NCBI GenBank assembly: GCA_964606285.1
Contig: CAZSFP010000003.1
Location: forward strand, 84,967-148,966
Direction: 5' to 3'
Source: an uncultured Candidatus Saccharibacteria bacterium
GTDB taxonomy: Bacteria > Patescibacteriota > Minisyncoccia > Phycocordibacterales > UBA9973
DNA length: 64,000 bases
The notes below the pieces were generated by a model. The model made no database searches and was not told the origin of the DNA. It saw only the letters and a program-made list of their open reading frames with translations. How positions within the stretch are numbered: the stretch's first letter is position 1; every line of letters begins with the position of its first letter. Both the position numbers and the translations under genes were made by a program. Positions 56,739 to 64,000 of this stretch are shown in pieces.

Positions 56739-57521
56739 ATGCAAAATCAAAAAGACAACATGAGACACGATGTTTTCTATAAAGAAAATAACCTTATACA
56801 TCAAAGAAATTATGATGTCGTTTTGAAACATGGCATGAAAGCAGACAAGATATCTGCCGCTGTATATCTCATAACAGAACTTTTTTCTGATCAAGAACCA
56901 CTCAAATATACTCTTCGACAGATGTCTTTGAATCTTGCATCAGCGTGCCATACTCCCCTGCCTGGTACTTCTACTACCCAATCTTTTTCATTGTTACAGA
57001 TCATTGATATTTTGATCGGTCACATTGAGATATCCACAGTCGCTGGATTGGTGTCTGAAATGAATGGAACTATTTTAAAAAACGAACTCACGTCCCTTCG
57101 TAAAGATTATGCTCATGCTTATCTTGGGGATGACAAAGGTGCATTTGTTGGTTCGGTTGCAATCAATATTGCGCCAGATCTCCATACACAATTTTTTACA
57201 CAAGATACAACCAAGCCGTCATTTCCTCACGTGCTGCCAACAGAAAATCAAAACGACATCAAAACGACACTAGATATAAATCAAAACGACATTCAGAAAA
57301 ATAATGAAGAAGAGACAAAAAAAAGACGTGATAAAATTCTATATATAATAAGCGAAAAAAGAGATGTTACGATAAAAGACATTACTGATAATATAAAAGA
57401 CTGTAGTGATAAAACAATTCAACGAGACTTGAATAACCTCATTATAATGGGCTTGATCGTTAAGGTTGGAAACAAACGGTGGAGTCGATATGTACTCGCT
57501 TCTGGAAAAAGGTTGTCATAA
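56739..57521 (+). CDS. Helical-bundle + C-terminal DeoR-like winged-HTH protein
   Basis: KISAAVYLITELFSDQEPLK N-terminal domain; RRDKIL..I......TIKDI......CSDKTIQRDL..L...G.I.K.G..RWSRY. Confidence 0.85.
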   Translation: MQNQKDNMRHDVFYKENNLIHQRNYDVVLKHGMKADKISAAVYLITELFSDQEPLKYTLRQMSLNLASACHTPLPGTSTTQSFSLLQIIDILIGHIEISTVAGLVSEMNGTILKNELTSLRKDYAHAYLGDDKGAFVGSVAINIAPDLHTQFFTQDTTKPSFPHVLPTENQNDIKTTLDINQNDIQKNNEEETKKRRDKILYIISEKRDVTIKDITDNIKDCSDKTIQRDLNNLIIMGLIVKVGNKRWSRYVLASGKRLS

Positions 57522-57555
57522 AACGAATTTTGTCTCGTCTCTATATACGTCCCCC

Positions 57556-57977
57556 TTGCACTCTGCGGGGTGGGGTACTATACTAGAACCTACACAGATA
57601 TATGGCATTTTCTATAGATATATGCTAGTATCTGTGCATGTGTTTTGGTTCAGGTGCCATCATCTGAAACAAGGCGCATTGGGCAGATCATTGATAATAA
57701 AATATTGAGTACGGTTCGGTTTCCGGACCGCTCACGTTTTGTTTTCTTTGTATCTGTCGTATCGGCCCTGTCGACATGGCAGATACTATTTTCTGAAAAG
57801 AAAATAGCATCAAAATGGTATATGTCGCGCCATCGATATATATCGCGCGGTACTCGCGTTTCGAGTACACATTTTAACGACAGACATGCCATCATGTTTG
57901 TCAGTTTCTTTAACGCATACTCGTGGTTTGTCGAAATCATCTGTAACATGCGTTTTCGATTCCTTAATTATAAAGAT
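57556..57977 (+). promoter_or_regulatory. Promoter and ~390-nt multi-hairpin 5' leader of the large surface protein gene
   Basis: TTGCAC(57556)-17-TATACT(57579); hairpins CACAGATA..TATCTGTG, CGGTTCGG/CCGGACCG, GTATCTGTC..GGCAGATAC, CTATTTTCT-GAAA-AGAAAATAG, GTACTCG/CGAGTAC, GACAGACATG/CATGTTTGTC, AACGCAT/ATGCGTT. Confidence 0.7.
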
Positions 57978-60900
57978 ATGAAAAATACTGTGAAAAAAAT
58001 CGTTGGATTTACAGTTGCTCTTCTTGCTCTCGTAGGCGTTGCCTCTTCAGCATCAGCAGCAGCATGTACTTCATACACGTTCGGTTCTGGCGTTTACACC
58101 GTCGGATCACCAGCGAGTTCATACATCAAAGAAGTCCAACAGTTTCTTAATGCAAACGGTGCAGTCGTCTCAACCAGCGGTGCTGGCTCTGCAGGCTACG
58201 AAACCATGAATTATGGTCCAAAGACTAAAGCCGCTGTTCGCGTATTCCAGGTTGCACACGGAGTAGCGAATACTGGTAACTTCGGTCCAATTACCCGTGC
58301 TGCTGCACTTGCTGTTCAAACAGCAAACTGTGGTAACACACAAACACCTCCACCACAAAGTGGTCCGGTGTCTGCTAGTTTGGCTTCAAACACACCAGCA
58401 TCAGGAACATTAGTTTCTGGTTCTAGTACAGCTCAAGCAACAGCTGATCTCGCACACTTTATGTTCTCAGGAAATGGCGTTGTCACAAACGTTACCCTCC
58501 AACGTATCGGTGTTTCAGCTGATTCAACACTTTCAAACGTTTACTTGTTTGACGGTGCAAATCGTTTGACTGATGCTTCTTCAGTATCAAATAACGGCAT
58601 GATTTCATTTAACATCCCAGCAGGTATCTTTACTGTTGCTGGTATGAAAAATATCTCTGTCAAATCTGATATTGCAGCAGGTACTTCAGGACAAACAGTT
58701 GGTGTAAAACTTGTGTCATTCGTGGCATCAGGTTCACCAGCTTCAACTGTAAATATTTCTGGAAACCTTCATTCAATCGCAAATGCTACACTTGCAACGG
58801 TTGGAGCGGGAACAGTTACTCCAACAGCAGCAACAGTAGATCCTGCTGCGGGTGTAACAGTATGGCAATCAACTCTTACTATCGCAAACAGAGATGTTTG
58901 GATGAAGAGACTGGCATTGCGTAATCTCGGATCTGCACCAGCATCATCGTTCGCAAACTTCAAATTGTTTGTCAATGGTATTCAAGTTGGTACAGCTGCA
59001 GGAGTTGATGCAAATGGCTATGTTACATTTGATCTTAACGCAGCACCGACACTGCTTGTTTCAGGAGCGAGAGTTGTTCGTGTTGATGCTGATATTGTTT
59101 CAGGTTCTTCACGTACATTCCAATTTTCACTCCGAAACGCAGCTGACGTTGACTTTGTCGATTCAAGCTTCGGTGTGAACATCTCACCTACATCTACTCC
59201 TTGGACATCAGCAACTGCTAATACCATCAGTGGATCTTCAGGTGGTACATTAACTATTGCTAAAGATATCTCATCACCGTCAATTAACCTCGTTAATGCG
59301 GCAAGTGATGCAGTTATCGGCGTATTCAAAGTTACAGCGTATGGCGAACCTATTAAATTAGAAAATATTCGAGCTACATATACATCTTCTGATGCGAACA
59401 TCGGATCACTCCGAAATGGACGTATCTTGATCAATGGAGTTCAATATGGTTCAACAGCTACTTTGAACGAAGACTCTCAAGGTACACCGTATACTCAATA
59501 CACATTGAACTATACTGTTGTTCCTGGAAGTCCCGTATTACTTGAAGTACGCGCTGATATCTACGACAATGATGGTACAGACAGTATCACTGCAGGTACA
59601 GACACTATCAATGCAACAATAGCGGCTGGTTCTACAAATGCACAAAGAGTTGATTCTCTTGGTTCATTTAGTTCTCCATCTTCTGCTGTTTCTTCAAACA
59701 CATTGACTATTGCTTCTACCTCTCTCACATTGTCAAAGAATGGAACATATGCAAACCAAAGCACAACTCTTCCTGCAAGTGGTTTCAAGATAGGTTCTTG
59801 GAATCTTGCTGGTTCTTCTGTAGAAAGTGTTCTCTTGTCTACTCTTTCATTTGATGTAGATGAATCTACAGGTACAGAGTTCGACGAAGGTGATATGACA
59901 AATATCTATGTCGTTGTTAAAAATGGTAATACAGTCGTTGCTTCTCCAACACCACTTTCAACAGGTAGTACAGGTGCTGATTTGAACTTCTCAATCAACT
60001 ACACACTTCCTGCAAACCAAAGTCTTTCAATTGAATTGTTTGCAGATCTTGCAGACGATACTCTTGATAAAGTCGCTGGTGTATCTAGTGGTACTGATGC
60101 TATTGATGCAACTGACTCATTCGTCACAGATCTTACTGTGACTGGTACATCCAATAGTGGTACAGCTATTACAGCAACTTCTGCTGATACGGCTGGTCAA
60201 ATTATTGCATATGCTGCAGCTACATTAGTTGCAGTAATAGATCCTTCTTCACCGGTGAAAGGTATTACCTATGATAATCAAACTGTAACTTCTGCTGCAT
60301 TTAAGTTCACTTCAACAACAAGTGCCTTTAATGTCAGTGATGTTACTTTGACTATCCCTGCGTCCGGCGCAACAGTTGTTCAGTCTGTTATGTTATATGA
60401 TGGTGCAACATTGCTTGGTACACAACCAGGTGGAACGACTTCAGTTTCATTCTCTGGTCTTACCTTCGGTGTTCCGGCTAACCAATCTAAAGTTCTTACT
60501 GTAAAACTACAGCTTGGACCAGTTGGTGTCGGCGCGGGCACATCTCAATCTTCACTCCTCACAACACTTACAGCATTTACTTCTGTAACTGGAGGTGTGT
60601 CAGATGTTTCTGCGAATGACTCTGGTCAATCACAAGAAAATAACCCAGCGTCTGCTGTAACAAGTGTATACGCTGCTATTCCAGTTATCTCGAAAGTAAA
60701 TCTTTCTGGTGATACACTTGGACAAGGTAGTGGATATCTCACAAACGGTACAGGTGTTCCACTCATGCGTTTCAAAGTTGATGCGACAGGTGGTCCAGTT
60801 GCTTGGAACCAAGTATTCTTTGATGTAATCAAAGACAGTGCTACAGTATTTGCTAGTGCAACCCTATGGGATGTAACTGGTGGTGGAAACACACAAATTA

Positions 60901-61253
60901 CTATGGGTACAACAACTCATACCACAACAGGAGCAGGTTCAACTTCTGGAACTGTCCTATTGATCACAAGTGCTGAAGAGGTAGTTTCAACCACAAAGAC
61001 ATATGAGCTTCGTGGAACTATAACTCTTGCTGATGCAGTTGGTGACTATATTGGCGTAACTATTGCAAATGATAATACATCATCTGCAACCGCTCTTGCG
61101 GCAGCTGCAACCATTTATGGTGCAGACACTGATGCTCCAATCGTATGGTCTGACATGTCAGCAGCTTCTCATGCACTTACAACTCTTGACTGGACAGATG
61201 ATTTCGGTGTTCGAAATCTCCCTGTTTCTCAAACTGTTAGTTTCCCTAACTAG
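57978..61253 (+). CDS. Large secreted S/T/A/G-rich surface (S-layer-like) protein with N-terminal peptidoglycan-binding domain (1091 aa)
   Basis: Signal peptide ending ASA; PG_binding_1-like IKEVQQFLN...YGPKTKAAVRVFQ...TGNFGPITRA; beta-rich repeats; terminator 61289-61320. Confidence 0.85.
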   Translation: MKNTVKKIVGFTVALLALVGVASSASAAACTSYTFGSGVYTVGSPASSYIKEVQQFLNANGAVVSTSGAGSAGYETMNYGPKTKAAVRVFQVAHGVANTGNFGPITRAAALAVQTANCGNTQTPPPQSGPVSASLASNTPASGTLVSGSSTAQATADLAHFMFSGNGVVTNVTLQRIGVSADSTLSNVYLFDGANRLTDASSVSNNGMISFNIPAGIFTVAGMKNISVKSDIAAGTSGQTVGVKLVSFVASGSPASTVNISGNLHSIANATLATVGAGTVTPTAATVDPAAGVTVWQSTLTIANRDVWMKRLALRNLGSAPASSFANFKLFVNGIQVGTAAGVDANGYVTFDLNAAPTLLVSGARVVRVDADIVSGSSRTFQFSLRNAADVDFVDSSFGVNISPTSTPWTSATANTISGSSGGTLTIAKDISSPSINLVNAASDAVIGVFKVTAYGEPIKLENIRATYTSSDANIGSLRNGRILINGVQYGSTATLNEDSQGTPYTQYTLNYTVVPGSPVLLEVRADIYDNDGTDSITAGTDTINATIAAGSTNAQRVDSLGSFSSPSSAVSSNTLTIASTSLTLSKNGTYANQSTTLPASGFKIGSWNLAGSSVESVLLSTLSFDVDESTGTEFDEGDMTNIYVVVKNGNTVVASPTPLSTGSTGADLNFSINYTLPANQSLSIELFADLADDTLDKVAGVSSGTDAIDATDSFVTDLTVTGTSNSGTAITATSADTAGQIIAYAAATLVAVIDPSSPVKGITYDNQTVTSAAFKFTSTTSAFNVSDVTLTIPASGATVVQSVMLYDGATLLGTQPGGTTSVSFSGLTFGVPANQSKVLTVKLQLGPVGVGAGTSQSSLLTTLTAFTSVTGGVSDVSANDSGQSQENNPASAVTSVYAAIPVISKVNLSGDTLGQGSGYLTNGTGVPLMRFKVDATGGPVAWNQVFFDVIKDSATVFASATLWDVTGGGNTQITMGTTTHTTTGAGSTSGTVLLITSAEEVVSTTKTYELRGTITLADAVGDYIGVTIANDNTSSATALAAAATIYGADTDAPIVWSDMSAASHALTTLDWTDDFGVRNLPVSQTVSFPN

Positions 61254-61288
61254 TCTTTGACTGGTGAGTGAAATACTAACTTTAGTTA

Positions 61289-61320
61289 ACAAAAAACCAC
61301 CCTTCGGGGTGGTTTTTTGT
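61289..61320 (+). terminator. Intrinsic terminator
   Basis: ACAAAAAACCACCC-TTCG-GGGTGGTTTTTTGT. Confidence 0.85.
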
Positions 61321-61344
61321 TTTGTGCTCACGTATAATAGTTGT

Positions 61345-62022
61345 ATGAATAAGGAACAAATAAAAAATATTATCATCGGTTTGGTCGTTGTACTATTGCT
61401 ACTTGGGGGTCTTTTTTATTTTACAAAAGATAAAGAAGATACAGAATCGCAAAATACTAATACTGCAACCAGTAGTGAGCAAGAAAATCTTGAAAATTTA
61501 GATATTTCTGATGCTAATGATCAAATATCTTTATCATTTTCAACAAACGAATCAAAATTCACTACAGCAATGAACAATGCCCGTACAGCATTTGGTAAAG
61601 GAGAGTATGCTGCATCTATAGGATTCTATACAGAAGCACTGACATACAAAAGATTAGATGTTGTATATTCAGGAATGTATGTTACCTATGCAGCTCAAAA
61701 TGATTGGGTTAATGCTAAAATAGCACTTGATACTGCTATCTCAATCAATCCTCTCTATACCGAATACTGGAACTGGAAAATCGATCTGCTCGATGAAAAA
61801 ACAAATACATCGTATCAAGATCTCAAGAATATATATAATGAGGCTTTGCTCAAAGTAGATCCAAAGACAAAGATAAATCTCGTAACACACTTTGCCAGAA
61901 TTGCTGAAAATAACAATCAGAAAAATGAAGCGATCAATGTGTGGAAATATGCTGCTGAAATATATCCAGAAAATGCTCATGTCTATCAGTCTGAAATAGA
62001 TAGATTACAGCAATCTTTATAA
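61345..62022 (+). CDS. Membrane-anchored TPR-like protein
   Basis: N-terminal TM; GEYAASIGFYTEAL, ALDTAISINP, AINVWKYAAEIYP helical repeats; ATG 61345 after TATAAT. Confidence 0.8.
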   Translation: MNKEQIKNIIIGLVVVLLLLGGLFYFTKDKEDTESQNTNTATSSEQENLENLDISDANDQISLSFSTNESKFTTAMNNARTAFGKGEYAASIGFYTEALTYKRLDVVYSGMYVTYAAQNDWVNAKIALDTAISINPLYTEYWNWKIDLLDEKTNTSYQDLKNIYNEALLKVDPKTKINLVTHFARIAENNNQKNEAINVWKYAAEIYPENAHVYQSEIDRLQQSL

Positions 62023-62139
62023 GTAGAAATATAAAAACACTATGTACACATAGTGTTTTTTTGTTGTTTCCACAGATATGTCTATTTCTTTGATAGCAAT
62101 CATATTAGGATAGAAGGGAAATCTCTAAACCACTGTTCT

Positions 62140-63831
62140 ATGAAAATTCTATACGCTTTTTTTCTCATTACTTTCTTTTTTCTTTCATCCCTTGTATCTG
62201 CGCAAGCTCCGTTACGATTAAATTATCAAGGTATTGCCCGCGACAATGCGGGGTTCGAGCTTGCAAATCAAGCGATCAGTCTTCGATTTAGTATTCATCA
62301 AAGCACTCCGACTGGCACTGTCGTATATAGTGAACGACATGACGGAATTGTGACAAATCAGTTTGGATTGTTTGCAGTAGAAATAGGAAACGGATTTATC
62401 CTTGCAGGAAGTATGAATATTGATTGGGGTGCTGGTCCGTATTTTATAGAAATAGAAATGGATCCAAACGGTGGAAACAATTTTGTCAGCATGGGAACAT
62501 CACAGCTTCTCTCGGTTCCATACGCATTGTACGCTGAATCATCAGGAACAGGTGGTCCGACTGGGCCGATTGGTGAGACAGGTCCACAAGGTCCGACCGG
62601 ACCCACTGGTTGGACAGGAGAAATGGGACCACAAGGCCTGCCCGGATCACAAGGTGAGACGGGTCAGATCGGACCCACTGGTCTTCAGGGAATCACTGGA
62701 CCAACGGGTCCAACTGGCTCTCAAGGATTGGAGGGTTTAAACGGTACAACAGGTCCTACCGGACCGCAAGGTATTCAAGGCCTGCCCGGATTGCAAGGCG
62801 AGACGGGAAACACTGGATCACAGGGATTGGTTGGGCCGACAGGGAGTACTGGTCCTACGGGAACTATGAATCTCACAGGAACAATCAATCAAACCATTCG
62901 TCATAACGGAGTGGATTGGGAAGCAACAAGTGTGGTACAAGTTACTACAAATGAACAGGTAAGTATTTCAGACAACGGTACATTACCTGATAATTCTGCG
63001 GGACTTGATGTAAATTATTCTGATAAAGGATTGCTCATTCCGCGACTGACGACTGTACAACGTGATGCTATTGCAAATCCTGCGCAAGCGTTGCTCATCT
63101 TTAATCTGACAACACTTTGTTTTGAATTTTATGGGACAGGTGGTTGGCATAGTATGGGATGCATTCCACCGCCATTTAGTTGTGGGGATGTGTTTGTCGA
63201 TGAACGAGACGGACAGACATATAACACAGTCCTTATCGGCAGTCAGTGTTGGATGGCGGAAAATCTCAACATAGGAACTCAAATCACCAGCAATCCTGTT
63301 CCTCCAAATCCATCCGCACATCAACAATTGGATAATGGGATTATAGAAAAATATTGTTATGGCAATAATTCGAGTAACTGTGCTGTATATGGCGGACTGT
63401 ATGAATGGGGAGAGATGATGAATTATAGCTCGACTGATAATGGAAATCCTGGGACAACACAAGGTATTTGTCCGATAGGTTGGCATATACCAACAGATGC
63501 TGAATGGTGTGAACTTGAAAATACAGTAGAAACAAATACTGATCAAAATTGTAATCTAGTTGGTTTTCGCGGAATAACAACAGGAGAAAAACTCAAAGAT
63601 AATAGTACATGGGATGGAACTAATACTACAGGTTTTGCAGCTCTTGCTGCGGGATATCGAAATATTAACGGTTCTTTCTTATCTTCTAATGTTGATGCAC
63701 GTTTTTGGACCGCAACAGAATCAGCTCAAAATCAGGCATATGTACGTTTCTTGCGTTCTAGTAATAATGGATCACTTCGAAGTGATGACGACAAAAATTA
63801 CGGCTATAGCATTCGCTGTATTAAAAATTAA
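62140..63831 (+). CDS. Secreted collagen-repeat + FISUMP (Fibrobacter succinogenes major paralogous) domain protein
   Basis: Signal peptide then [26 protein letters not shown]; ~35 G-X-Y triplets (62554-62868); [54 protein letters not shown]. Confidence 0.9.
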   Translation: MKILYAFFLITFFFLSSLVSAQAPLRLNYQGIARDNAGFELANQAISLRFSIHQSTPTGTVVYSERHDGIVTNQFGLFAVEIGNGFILAGSMNIDWGAGPYFIEIEMDPNGGNNFVSMGTSQLLSVPYALYAESSGTGGPTGPIGETGPQGPTGPTGWTGEMGPQGLPGSQGETGQIGPTGLQGITGPTGPTGSQGLEGLNGTTGPTGPQGIQGLPGLQGETGNTGSQGLVGPTGSTGPTGTMNLTGTINQTIRHNGVDWEATSVVQVTTNEQVSISDNGTLPDNSAGLDVNYSDKGLLIPRLTTVQRDAIANPAQALLIFNLTTLCFEFYGTGGWHSMGCIPPPFSCGDVFVDERDGQTYNTVLIGSQCWMAENLNIGTQITSNPVPPNPSAHQQLDNGIIEKYCYGNNSSNCAVYGGLYEWGEMMNYSSTDNGNPGTTQGICPIGWHIPTDAEWCELENTVETNTDQNCNLVGFRGITTGEKLKDNSTWDGTNTTGFAALAAGYRNINGSFLSSNVDARFWTATESAQNQAYVRFLRSSNNGSLRSDDDKNYGYSIRCIKN

Positions 63832-63843
63832 ATTTCTCTCTTT

Positions 63844-63876
63844 AAACCCTCGCGGATGCGAGGGTTTACTTTTTTT
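63844..63876 (+). terminator. Intrinsic terminator
   Basis: AAACCCTCGC-GGAT-GCGAGGGTTT-ACTTTTTTT. Confidence 0.8.
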
Positions 63877-64000
63877 ATATATCTGGTAGGATGTTTCCAG
63901 TACGCCATAGACAGGGGGTCCTGAGCTTAGTCGAAGGATAAATCCTCCCGAGGTAACACTCTCTTTGCGTATGGTCGTTCTTATCAGATTAACCATATAT

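Noticed and set aside
1783-63996. Numerous antisense and alternate-frame ORFs (e.g. 5411..6250, 8144..8830, 33723..34331, 51747..52253, 53208..53855)
   Set aside because: They overlap well-supported genes, have no recognisable motifs and are expected shadow ORFs.

Overview
64 kb of gene-dense bacterial chromosome in standard genetic code 11. By inference it comes from a Patescibacteria (CPR) genome of the Parcubacteria/Paceibacteria group: rplK is not followed by rplA, trigger factor lacks its FKBP domain, GlyRS is the alpha2 type, EF-P has a QQRKP loop and many genes lack a Shine-Dalgarno. The housekeeping backbone (hup, rny, clpP, tig, ppa, nusA, pcrA, secE-nusG-rplK, argS, ileS, recO, glyQS, metG, tatD, rpsF-ssb-rpsR, efp, recA, ftsK) is interrupted by about a dozen AT-rich orphan genes, most with their own sigma70 promoter and bidirectional terminator. 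Best leads: (1) a pyrimidine cluster at 23.8-28.4 kb (cytidylyltransferase, deaminase, HIT, ThyA, DHFR) whose ThyA keeps its catalytic residues but appears to have lost three of four phosphate-binding arginines, suggesting a non-canonical route to dTMP; (2) an array of five covarying tandem-G.A hairpins behind efp; (3) an Ile T-box with a very short Stem I ahead of an IleRS2 that has an MLHH signature and an inserted histidine phosphatase; (4) orphans carrying RNAP alphaCTD-, DnaA-domain-IV- and HhH-like modules; (5) a giant repeat protein locus; (6) long structured leaders, a GACA-motif array around a wHTH gene next to a probable S-layer gene, and small palindromic elements inserted in frame in tatD. 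No rRNA, tRNA, CRISPR array, integrase or transposase was recognised. All calls are by eye; no searches were run.
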